Below, in pieces: positions 12,084-25,000 of a DNA stretch of 64,000 bases. The stretch comes from Octopus sinensis (Eukaryota). Made by a program: the position numbers and the translations under genes. The stretch spans positions 24,614,001 through 24,678,000 of the forward strand of contig NC_043017.1 in NCBI RefSeq assembly GCF_006345805.1, written 5' to 3'. Position 1 is the stretch's first letter. Every line of letters starts with the position of its first letter. The notes below the pieces were generated by a model. That model was not told the DNA's origin. It saw only the letters and a program-made list of their open reading frames with translations, and made no database searches.

Positions 12084-14270
12084 ATATATATTATATATAT
12101 GTATGTATGTATATATAAGTTGTTTGAAGTGGCACAAGTGGTTGGCCTCATAGGATGTTTATCCATGATACCTTTAGAAAGTGAACTCTTTCCCACATCT
12201 CAGGTTTGTATAGAGATGATGGCTTGGTAGTGTCACAAAACATGATCACCCTTATCATTTTTCTCTAGACATAACATTAGACAGGTAAGTACCACCCTTA
12301 TGAGAAGCCAGTGAAGAGACTGTACACATCTATCAGAATGCAATAATCCTCAACTAAATTAGAAACAGACACAAGAAGGTGTGGAAAATTAATGACGAGG
12401 CAGCACTCTACCGTAATGAAGTCTTAACAAACAATGGCTTCAGTGAGAATTTAGTCTTTATGAAGAAACCTCCATTCGTCTTGCATCTGAGGAAAACCAA
12501 GACGTGGAAAGTAATTTGATTTAATCTACCTATAGTTTTAAAGATACTAGGGATTTTCTATCTCTTGTACTGCACCACAAAAACACTACATCCATACATA
12601 CAGGCTTTTCCTTTACAGGTGCCAGTGCCATATAAAATGCACTTGTGCCAGAGCTGCGTAAATGCACCTAAGCCAGTGGCACATAAGATGCACCCAGCAC
12701 ACTCTGTAAATGGTTGGTGTTAGAAAAGGCATGCAGCCATGGAAATCATGTCGCAACAGACAACTGGAGTCTGGCCAGCTCCTATCAAACCATCCAACCC
12801 ATGCCAGCATGGAAAACAGATATTAAATTATGATGACGCTGAGTTTAGCTATTTTTGCCTAGCTAACATCAATTCCAGCATTCATCCCCACTCAGCAACT
12901 TATTTGGAACTTCTTAAATTTAGCCACTCAACTGCTGAGGGGATACTTTCCTTTCCATGGCCATGGTATACCAGACTACACTCCCTCTTCTAGATAGTAC
13001 TAACAAAAAAATAAATGGGGCTCGGTATGTCATATGCAACACACACAGTTTTTTAGGTCCAAGGTCAGTGAGAATTCTACTTTCCAGTTTCATTTAGAAG
13101 CTTAGAGATCAGTGCTCTGGCTTCTCCACTACAAACTGATACTTGTACTTGCAGCAGTGTTCACCTGGGCTGGGTTGAGCCAGTTCCAACCAATGAGTCA
13201 TGTTCAGAGTTTCAGTAGGAGTACAAATTCACATGTGGTCCCTGATTCGCATGCATACACTCTTTAGGATAATATGATCTGTAGCAGCTCTCACCATCAT
13301 TTGTTGACCATTGCAGCTCTTCCTGCTATCACTTGTCAACCTTGATAGAGAATTCACTGACCAAGTCACCACTGACTATCAGAGCAGACGTAGCCTAGGT
13401 TTCTATAAACTGATAGGCCCCTGCCTCTATACTCCAGGGAACTTCGTAATTGCTGGCTCTGCCTACCTGAGAAAACTTATGCCCTGATAGCAGTACTTCT
13501 CATGAAAAAAATCTAAAGCAATCTCAAATTGTCATCACTAATCAGTTTTTGTCTTAATCAAGTGCCAACTAATTGATTCAGAAAATAAGGCAACAAAAAA
13601 AATCAAGGAGTTAATTTCTTTACTAATGAAGGTTAATCTTAGTTGAGTTGCTTCCCATAGACTATCAGTATTGCCTTCACAACGTAATACAATTTAGCAA
13701 CAATTTTCGTCATGTCATCTGAGTCTTTGAATATGAAACAAGATCTCTGCAAGTCTTCGTTGCTTAGTCTCTCATTTATTAACCCGTTTATGATGGGAAT
13801 CAGAGATATCCACTCAAAATTTCATTCACTGTGGAAAGCAGTTTATATGTACTAATCTATTTTTGTTGAGGAATGTCATGTTTAAAGCTATTATACTATG
13901 GAGATAGGACAAGTTTATTGGGGCAACATGACTTACAGAAAATACCATATTGGAATAAGCATGAACATTTATTTCTCAGTGAAAGAGCTAAATACACCTG
14001 GTCTATCACAAAAATGAACTGGACAGTTTTGAAACAATGGATATTGCTTTACTTATTTTTCTATATATCACACTTGTCCCCTTCAAATATTTCCATCCAC
14101 TGTTGAAGCACGGGAATAAGAAGTTTGCTTCCCCAACAACATAGTTTTGGGCTCAATTTCACTGCATTTTTCCTTAGGCAAGTGTCTTCTACTATAGCCC
14201 AGGCAAACCAAAGGAAGCTTTGAAATATACCCATCATATCTTTGTGTGTGTGTGTGTCTGTGTATGTATG

Positions 14271-14301
<31 letters not shown>

Positions 14302-14466
14302 CATCGTTGTCATCGTCATTGAACATTTGTCTTCCATGCTGACATGGGTTGGACGTTTTGACTGGAGTTGGCATGGTTTTTACACCTGGATGTCTTTCTA
14401 ATGCCAACCACTTTACAGAGTGTAGCGGGTGCTTTTTACATGGTACCAGCACTGGTGAGATCTGTC

Positions 14467-14502
<36 letters not shown>

Positions 14503-17500
14503 TATGTGTGTGTGTGAGTATGCATATATCTCCTTGATTTGATTAAATTCTTCATTATTTTCAAAACAAACTGAAATGATGGCAGTGTATTTCAAAGGAA
14601 GAGCAGAACTCTGAAAAAAGCATAAAACTATTATACAAATATTGTTGTATTTAGGAATGGTCATATTTTTCATGATAATTCAATTAAAATTGGAAAGCAA
14701 TGAATGTTTCTGATTGTATTTGTGGTGCCATGTTAGCATGCATTCTAACCCCAGCCCTAACTCTAACTTTAACCTTAACCCTAGACCCTAGCCCTATACC
14801 CTAACCCTAACCCAGATCAGATTATCTCACAGTGTTAGCTATGGAAACTGCAGTAGACTGCATAGTAAAGTCGCAGTATATCTGTAAAGTTTGTTTGTAG
14901 AGCTGTTTCTGTGCTTGAAAACGCTAACTTCTCCAGATTTTGGTTTGAGTGTCTGAGTATGAATGTATCCAGCTATCCATTGTGTCTTTTATTCAGAAAT
15001 GGTATTTCCAGAATTACATTATTCACTGAAAATTTCTGGGTTTTTTTTTATGATGGTATGGTGTGAACTGAGGCAGATTTGATTGCCATTTCTAGCTGGT
15101 CGTAATGCCTCCCTCATCAGCTCAAGTGCGTGCATGTGTATATGTGTGTGTTCATTTGTTTTAATACACACAAGTGATTAGTTAGACATTAACCAAAACC
15201 ATCAGCTAGTTTTCATTCCCAGCCTTAGCTATTTCATTTCATTTCATTTATTTTGCTAATGGCCTGTTAATGTCCATTGATCTCATATTACCCATTTTCC
15301 TTCTCCTGGAAATATCGAGTATCATGTTACTAAAAGAAGACTGTCTCCACTATTGGTCATATCTGCTGCTTGTAGTATACACCATCCCAGAACAATATTA
15401 CAATCATAGCAAGTTATGCCAGGAAGTGGATCAATTTTTACCAACATCATCATCATCATCATCATCAACATCATTCAATGTCCACTTTCCATGCATGCTG
15501 GCTTGGGCTGGACAGTTTGACAAGATTTGGCAAGCCACAGGGCCATGCTGAGCTCCAGTTTCAGCTTTAGTATGTTTTTTTATGACTGGATGCCTGTTAT
15601 ATCCTTGGAAATGTTAAATTGTTATAATGCCCACTTCGGTATACTTAGTAAAACCAGTAAAGACTCCACTGTCTCTGACCACCTACTACATACTCCGGTA
15701 CTGTACATACTTCTCTTTACTTATAGTGACTAGGTTATTCCATTCATCACGTGGGAGAGGTGTACCATTATTACTAATTCCCTACAACATCTCCCCTTTT
15801 AAGTTTTTCTTAAATTGTGTCATTTTATTTAGCAATATTTTTTTTATTCACCCCACCTCCCTCTTTTGAGTTTTTTTTCATTCATACGTCGTCATCATCA
15901 TCATCATTTAACGTCCATCTTGTATGCTAGCATGGGTGGGACGGTACCACAAGAGCCAGCCAGGACGAAGTCTCCACCAGACTTCTGTGACTGTTTTATG
16001 GGTGTGATTGTTTATTTTTAGGGCGACATTGCAGAATAGGTGTGAGAGGCTGGATCTGGCCAGTTTGAACATAAAGCAGATAGAATATTTGGGCTGGATA
16101 TGGCCAGTTTAAATGCCAAGGGGTTAATCTCTTCTTAAACTTTCCCCCCTCCCCTCATAGCTTTACGTTCTCCATATCCAAAGTTGCAGACATGACTTTG
16201 GTTTTGGATTCGGTGCCACTATGCAGCACCTGGATCAAGTGCTGCATAGTAGATGGAAACTGGGGAAGCCCATTGTACACACACACGTGTATGTGTGTGT
16301 GTGTTGGTAGTGAAAGTTAAAAGATATATCATCATCATCATCATCATCGTTTAACGTCTGCTTTCCATGCTGGCATGGGTTAGACGGTTTGACTGAGGAC
16401 TGATGGCTGCACCAGGCTCCAATCTGATCTGGCAGAGTTTCTACAGCTGGGTGCCCTTCCTTACGCCAACTACTCCGAGAGTGTAGTGGGTGCTTTTACG
16501 TGCCACCGGCACGAGGGCCAGTCAGGCAGTACTGGGGTGATTCTGCAATTTCTTGCTGAGCAGCCTATGCAGAAGATTTGTTTATAGAGGATATTAGGAG
16601 TTTTCGCCAGGATGACTCAACCTAATAGGTATGCACTCTGAGTGCTTAAATAGGTGTGCCACAAAAAGATAAAGAGTAGAGTTACACTGAATATATTCTG
16701 TGTGACTTTAGTGAAAGAACCTGTTTAATCAAGAATGTGGAAAAGGAGAAAGCAAAGTCTTCAGTGTGAGTATGTGGTTTGTGGGGTCAACCACATCCTC
16801 CGCTTCATTTTTTGTTATTCGCTCATTCTCATTTAATTGTATGTATTTTAATTGTTTGTTTATTCATACGTTTCGTCTCATTCGATACCCTGACCCCAAC
16901 GTTTGTTTTGTCCCCTCTTTTTCTCAACCTTATGGTGAATAAAGAAATACTCTTTCTTTCTTTCTCTCTCCTTTTCTCTCTCACCTTGTTCTATTCCTAG
17001 CCTGTCCACCTTCCCCTTTTTTTCTCTCTCTCTCACTTGTAGCCTTTCTTCTCTCTCTTGCCCTCTCACTTGTATTTGTAGTCTTTCTCCTTTCCCCTTT
17101 CCTTTCTTCCTTTATTTTCTCTTTATCTTCTCTGTCGCATTCTCTCTCTCTCCCTGTCTCCTCTGCCTCCTGCTGACACATGATCCGTGGCCAGTTCTCC
17201 TTCCATGTTCTCTTTCTCACTGGCCTCCAAGTGGTTCGGTCGCAAAAAATCTTTCTCTGTCCCGCCATTCTCTGTTGTCTATATCCTTCAGGATTTTTTC
17301 TAAGCGTTAACTTCCACTCATGTCTTTTGGTTGCAAGTCCAGAATTTTGCTCGTTTTATTTTGTTTGCTTGAGGCCCGATTCTTTGCTTCACCCTCAGGC
17401 AGACAAAAGCCTTGTGAGTAGATTTGGTAGACAGAGACTGAAAGAAGCCTGTCATATGTGTGTGTGTTTGTGTGTCTATGTTTGTCCCGCCCCCCACCAT

Positions 17501-17728
17501 CACTTGACAGCCGATGCTGGTTTGTTTACATCCTCTGTCACTTAACAGGTTAGCAATAGAAACCGATAAAATAAGTACTAGGCTTACAAAAATAAGTCTG
17601 GGGGTTGATCCGTTCAACTAAAGGCGGTGCTCCAGCATGGCTGCAGTCAAATGACTGAAACAAGTAAAAGAAGAATATATGTATATATATGTGTGTGTAT
17701 ATATATATGCATATCATATCATATATAT

Positions 17729-17776
<48 letters not shown>

Positions 17777-17833
17777 ATAAATATATATGTATACATACAT
17801 ATACACATACATATATATATATATGCATACGTG

Positions 17834-17866
<33 letters not shown>

Positions 17867-20800
17867 GCATGTGTGTGTGTGTACTGTTTTTTTATACTTG
17901 TCTGTCACTATTTGACAAGTAATGTTTGTTTGTTTGTGTCCCTGTAACTTAGCTGTTTGGCAAAAAGACACTGACAGAATAAAGCACCAGAATTAAAGTA
18001 AATACTGTAATAGATTTGATTGTGACTGTATCCTTTACGGCAGCACCCCAGCATGGCCACAGTCAAAAGACTTAAACAAATAAAGAATAACAGAATATAT
18101 CCATTGTTCTTCCTGCTTTTTCTCTGCTTCTCTCTGCAACTACACCAGTCACTACTGTATTTTGCCTTTGTTTTGATTCAATCCTACGCATATTTATATA
18201 GTATTCAGCTCATAAAAAACATCCACTCCACTCTGTAAAGTGGTTGACATTTGGAGGACATCCAGCTGTAAAAACCATGCCAAAACAGACAGTGAAGCCA
18301 GGTTCTGTCTTCTGCCTAGCCAGCTCTTGTCAAACTGGCCAGGCGACAGCGACAATTCTAACTGCAAGCTCATCTCTACTTGACACAGTGTGAATGACTC
18401 GAAAATATCCTCAAACTTCAAGTGCTTCCTTTCATGTGCCCACTTCATGTTTGTTTTTTTTTCTCTACCAACTCAACCAAACTAACAACCAGGATGCTTC
18501 TCATCACATTTGAGAACAAGTTATAAGATCCAGGCATTGTTTTGTTATTTCCACAGAAAAACAACACTATTTCACAGAATTTCTTTATAGCTTCTGGCTA
18601 TTCTTGGCAGCCTTTAAGAAAAAGGTCTTGACATTTGTTTGCTTGTCCTCTTGCATATCTTTCTTTTATCATTTATCTTCCACTTGTTTCAGTCTTTAGA
18701 CTGTGGCCATGCTGGGGCACTACCTTGAGAGGCTTACTTAAACAAATTGGCCCCAGAACTTATTACTCTTTGTAAAGTTTGGTACTTATTTTACTGTTCT
18801 CCTTGCAGAACCTCTCTATTACAGGGACGTAAACAAACCAACACTGGTTGTCAAGTGGTAGTAGGGGACAATCACAAGCACAAAAAACTACACACACACA
18901 CACACACATGCATGTTTCTGTTTGCCAGATCCACTCGCAAGGCTTTTGTCAGACCAGGGCTATAGTAGACTGCACCTGCCCATGGTGTCATGCATTGAGA
19001 CTGAACCCAAAACCATGTGATTGGGAAGCAAACATCTTAACCACACAGCCATATCTGTGTGTATGTGTATATATATGTGTGTGTATATATATATAATGCA
19101 AAATGGGACAAAAATGCAAAACATCTGGACAGTTAGGTGATAAAAAATGGGACAATAAAACGTCCAGATAGATGATACAAAGAAAACAAAGACAGGTCAT
19201 TCGAAGTTTTCTTTCCAGTTGAAATTGCAAAGATAATCTGGTACTTGACTGAGGAAAGAAAACTTCGAATGACCCATCCTTGTTGCCTTTGTATCATCTA
19301 TCTGGATGTTTGATTTATTTTGTTGTCCCATTTTTGTATCACCTAACTGTCCAGATGTTCTTGTCCCATTTTGTATTTTATATTCTTTTATTTGTTTCAG
19401 TCATTTGACTGTGGCCATGCTGGAGCACCGCCTTTAGTCGAGCAAATCGACCCCAGGACTTATTCTTTGTAAGCCTAGTACTTATTCTATCGGTCTTTTT
19501 TGCCGAACCACTAAGTTATGGGGACGTAAACACACCAGCATCGGTTGTCAAGCGATGTTGGGGGGGACAAACACAGACACACAAACATATACACAGACAT
19601 ACATATATATATATATACATATATACGACAGGCTTCTTTCAATTTCCGTCTACCAAATCCACTCACAAGGCTTTGGTCGGCCCGAGGCTATAGTAGAAGA
19701 CACTTGCCCAAAGTGCCACGCAGTGGGACTGAACCCGGAACCATGTGGTTCGTAAGCAAGTTACTTACCACACAGCCTCTCCTATATATATATAGCAGCA
19801 TACATACACTTTGGTATCTTATATATATATATATGATGATCACACACACACACACACACACACAGATAGATAGATAAAGATACCCCCCACACACACATTT
19901 GGTGGAGGGTGCTCAGAAAGCATAGTAATCAGAATATAAAACCCATGTGGAAAATTTGAGTTTCTTCAACATGAAGAATCTTTCTTTGAGTGAATAGTAA
20001 ATTGTATGTTGCTTTGCACATGTGTGGTGTGCAATGCTACATGGTAATGAGACATAGGGTGTAAATATAGAGACTGTGAAGGTTGGAGGTAGAAGAAGAC
20101 AGCGTACTTCCTTGAACATGTAATGTTTATATGCATCAGTGGTGTGATATGAATGAGCTGAGAGATCAACTGGGTATAAGAGGAATCAGTTATTTATAGT
20201 GTGTAAGAAAGGCAATTGCATTGGTAAATGGGAAAGACCCCGTTCAGTCATGAATGTCATGAGAGTGCACCTAGTAAGGTCCCTTCTGATGTACAAGTCC
20301 AAGCAAGGTTGTTTGTGGAAGATGAGCATTCACCCATGCATACCAGCCTCCCCTCTCAACAACACTGATGTTGTCCAAGGGAAAGGCAAAGGCCAATACA
20401 GCTTGGCACCAGTGACATTGCAACTCATTTCTTCAGCTGGGTGAACTGGAGCATTGTGAAATGAGGTATATTATTCAAGAATACAACACACAGCCAAGTT
20501 CAGGAATTGAACTCACAATCTTGCAATTGTAAGCCCAACACTCTAACCACTAAGCCATGCACCTTCACCAATTTCATTGGTATGGATGTGTAATATATGT
20601 AAGAATGATAACAGATGGGTGAAGGAGTGTTGGGATATCCAAATGAAAAGAAGCTGTGCAAGAGGAAGGACCACGGAAGATGTAGGCTGAATTGGAAACG
20701 GTAATCTCAGAATGTTGAATCTTAAAAAAGGAGAAAAAGATGCAAGAAATGGTGAGATGCTGTGTTGGAAAAGAACCATCCAACCCATGCTAGCATGAGA

Positions 20801-22025
20801 AAACAGATGTAAGAAAATGATGATGTGTATATATAGATATGACGGATTCTTCCGTCAAAGATGACATATGGGCATTCAACTTTTTGCTGCTTGTTTCTCT
20901 GAAGACTGTCAGAATGATGTGGACACCTCTGATGAGAAGCCAATAAGATTTGAAAATCAGTTAAGGTTTATTATTTTTTTCAGTCTGCAGAGAAAAGGCT
21001 AAAATTAGCCCTGTTTATAATTATGCCATATGTTATATATATAGGGATCTAATGCGCTTGGCTTAGATTTCCCTTGGTGTCTGCCCAGGTCGGAGCAATC
21101 TCAAGATTAATCAGCCGAAATTGCGAAGATGATCCGGTTCTTGACTGATAACTGAGGGCTTTGAATGTCCCGTCCTGTGGTTCTTGTGTCGTCTTCTAGG
21201 TGTTTCACGTTCTTGTCCCAGTTTGTATATATTTTTTACTTTTTACATATATATATATATATATATATATGCAATCACATGTATGTATATATGAATGAAT
21301 AAATTATTTGCCATGTTGTTACTTGTTTAATAAATATTGTTTATTTAGTATTGTTTGTTACAGTTGTCTTCATATTTTTAGTTTTTATTGATGCTATAGT
21401 TTAGGTAATCCGAAGCCACCTCGGTAACTTTGTCGACTGTTTATTTATTAATTTGTTCTTTTTTACTTATCTCTCTTTTGTAGGCTCAAGAAATTTTATC
21501 CCAAGAATCTAACGTGCAGCAAGTAAAATGCCCAGTGACAGTATGTGGGGACATTCACGGCCAGTTCCATGATTTGATGGAACTTTTCAGCATTGGCGGT
21601 CGAATCCCAGACACGAATTACCTTTTCATGGGAGATTATGTTGACAGAGGATACTATTCAGTTGAAACCATAACACTGCTTGTTGCTTTAAAGGTACGTC
21701 TTTATAGGTGCAGGCGTGACTGGGTGGTAAGAAGTTTGCTTCCCAACCACATAGTTCCAGGTTCAGTTCCACTGTGTGGTGCCTCAGGTAAGTGTCTTCT
21801 ACGGTAGTTTCATGCCAACCAAAGCCTTGTGAGTGGATTTGGTAAATGGAAACTGAAAGAAGCCCAGGAGTGGCTGTGTGGTAAGTAGCTTGTTTACCAA
21901 CCACATGGTTCTGGGTTCAGTCCCACTGCGTGGCACCTTGGGCAAGTGTCTTCTACTATAGCCTCGGGCCGACCAAAGCCTTGTGAGTGGATTTGGTAGA
22001 CAGAAACTGAAAGAAGCCCGTCGTA

Positions 22026-22064
<39 letters not shown>

Positions 22065-25000
22065 TTGTCTCCCTAGCATTGCTTGACAACCGATGCTGGT
22101 GTGTTTATGTCCCCATCACTTAGCGGTTCGGCAAAAGAGACCGATAGAATAAGTACTGGGCTTACAAAGAATAAGTCCCGGGGTCGATTTGCTCGACTAA
22201 AGGCGGTGCTCCAGCATGGCCGCAGTCAAATGACTGAAACAAGTAAAAGAGAGTATATGTGTGTCTGTGTTTGTCACTCACCACCACTTGACAACCAGTG
22301 CTGGTGTGTTTATGTCCCCATAACTTAGTGGTTCGGCAAAAGAGACCAATTAAATAAGTACCAGCCTTTTAAAAAAATTAATACTGGGGTCGATTTGATT
22401 GACTAAAAACTCTTCAAGTAAAAGATAAAAGATACGGAACAACTAAGTGCAGATAGGAAGGAAAGCCATGCAGCTTCAAGAATCAGTTTACATAAGCGCT
22501 TTAGGGCGTGCTACTCTTCCTCCCGATCTTGTCACACAAAAAAAAAATGCAATCATGAATGTATGAGGGGGTGCTGAAAAGTTCCTGACTTTAAGGGTAT
22601 TGCAAAAGACCTGGTTGGTGGCCCAATCTTCTGATTTCTTTTACAAGGTTTAGAAAAACTGAAGAACTGCTGCAATAAGTGTGTGAATCTGAGAGAGAAA
22701 TATATAAATATATTCAATAAAGTCATAATTAACTGATCCTCCTGTATTTTCTTTTACCCAAAGATAGGAATTTTTCAACACCCTCTTGTGTATACATGCA
22801 TACATACATGTGCTTGAGGTGACCTATTGAGTCAAGAACATCAACAGCAGCCGTTCAAGAATTTGGACCTGGAGATCTCCATTTCCAGCGACTTCGAGGG
22901 CCACCTCCCAGTGGTGTCGGGCGTCAACGAAGAACCCTCGACTACAACAAGACAACCAAAGTTTTTTTTTCCCAAGGTCTGGGGTCTCCCACCCCTAAGC
23001 CCTAGGCCATCATTTAATCACCCTTACCCGTCTTGTTGCTTAACAACAACAACAACATCAATATCAAAATCAAATCAAATGGAAATTGTGGTTGTGAACC
23101 CCGTGCCAGTAGTACATAAAAAGCACCATCAGCACATGGCCGATACCAGTGCCGCTTTGACTGGCTTCCATGATAAAAAGCACCATCTGATCATAGTCGA
23201 TGCCAGCTCCTCTGGCTCCTGTACTGGTGGCACGTAAAAAGCATCCACTACACTCTTGGAGTGGTTGGCGTTAGGAAGGGTATCCAGCTGTAGAAACACT
23301 GCTAGATCAGATTGGGGCCTGGTGCAGCCTCCTACCTTCCCAGACCTCAGTCAAACCGTCCAACCCATGCCAGCATGGAAAATGGACATTAAACGATGAT
23401 GATGATATGCACATGCACATACATACACTTATGAGGGGGTGCTGAAAGGTTCCTGGTGTTAAAGGTATCGTGAAAGGCCTGTTGGAGGCCTGACCTTTCA
23501 AGTGCTTTTACAGGGCTTAGAAAAAGTGAATAGTGAATCCGAGAAAGAAATATATTGAATAAAATCATAATTAGCTGAGCTTCCTGTATTTTTTTTTTTA
23601 CTCAAAGCCAGGAACTTTTTAGCACCCATTCGTGTGTGCTTGTGTCTCCTTGAATTGACAAGTTTCAACATCAGACTATCTATCTATCTATCCGCTCAGT
23701 CGAAGTCGACTTTCGGTTACTCGATGGATCAGTGTCCTCCACTCAGTTCTATCCTGGGCCGCTTCTTTCAGACTGGCTATGTCCATTCCAGTATCACTCT
23801 TGATGGTGTCAAGCCAGCGGGTTCTTGGTTGGCCTCTTCCTCTCTTGCCACTGACCATTCCGAGCATGATGTCCTTCTCCAGGGATTTTCTCCGCATAAT
23901 ATGACCAAAATATGCCAATCTATGCTTGGTGATCCAAGCTTCCAGCGACAGTTTCAGCTTGATCTGGTTAAGAACTTCTCCATTGGTGAGCCTCGCTGTC
24001 CATGGAATCCGTAAAAGTCTTCTCCAACACCAAAGCTCGAATGCATTAATCCTCTTCAACATCAGACAATCAGTTGAATTCATTTCCAGTATTCTGCAAA
24101 GAAAAAAAAATTGTGCTTGTTAAAGCCATATCTGTATATTAATAGAAATGTTGTTAAACAAGACCACAAACTACTATGAGAATGGAGAATGATATTGTCA
24201 GGTTGTAGCTTTATTGTGAGAGCATCTAATTCAGATGTAACAAAATTGTTCTGCGAAATATTTCATATTTCTTTATGTCTCCTTTTTAATGTTTCTTTTT
24301 TTGTCTCTTTTTTGATATGTTTCTTTTTTGACACTTGTGAACAATTTTGCTGTAAATCAAATTTTCAGTGTTTTTGTTCCCAAATACTCCGGTTTTGCCA
24401 CTTAAAACTGTAAAAACCATGCCTGTTTATTCATAAAAATGTTGTTAAACTTTTTTCTCTTCCAACAGGTCAGATATAAAGACAGAATAACTATACTTCG
24501 AGGAAATCATGAAAGTAGACAGATTACCCAAGTTTATGGATTTTATGATGAATGTTTGAGGAAGTATGGGAATGCTAATGTTTGGAAATTTTTCACAGAT
24601 CTCTTTGATTTTCTTCCTCTAACAGCATTAGTAGACGAAGAAGTAAGTTTGATTTCTTCTTGCTGCTTTGCAGATTGCTTTTGTACTGCTTAGAGATTTG
24701 TTAAACCTAATTTTTTTTCATCATCATCTGGTTGTGCTTATTCTACAGATTGCCATGGTGTGTTCTTCCCAGTCATGTCATTGCATGTTGTAGGTCTTCT
24801 CGGGTGCACTCAGAGTCCTTGCATAGTTGCTTACCTATGCGGCAGGTATTTAAAGGGAGAAATTTGATAAGACAGTCAGTCACCGGCTGACACTCGCTGA
24901 CGATACATCGAAGAGGCCAGGGAACAGAAGAAAGAAGACATGCACCCAACACCAGAGCTGAAGACACCTCCGAAAGGGGGGAGGGCCCGCCACGTCAAAA

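Noticed and set aside
14746-14813. Interstitial telomere or fusion scar
   Set aside because: Short and degenerate; similar CCCTAA motifs occur inside MITEs, for example at 7638-7733.
19200-19265. Hammerhead in the loop of the long inverted repeat (GAAA...CTGAGGA)
   Set aside because: Stems I and III cannot be formed, and the GGA of the core is sequestered in the arm pairing.
21866-21960. SINE heads as tRNA genes
   Set aside because: Only A/B-box-like remnants with no cloverleaf, fused to SINE bodies. No true tRNA or rRNA gene was seen in the window.
22827-23237. 136-aa ORF (also the 144-aa ORF at 11293 and the 170-aa ORF at 32233)
   Set aside because: They run across adjacent repeat fragments, with no coherent protein similarity.
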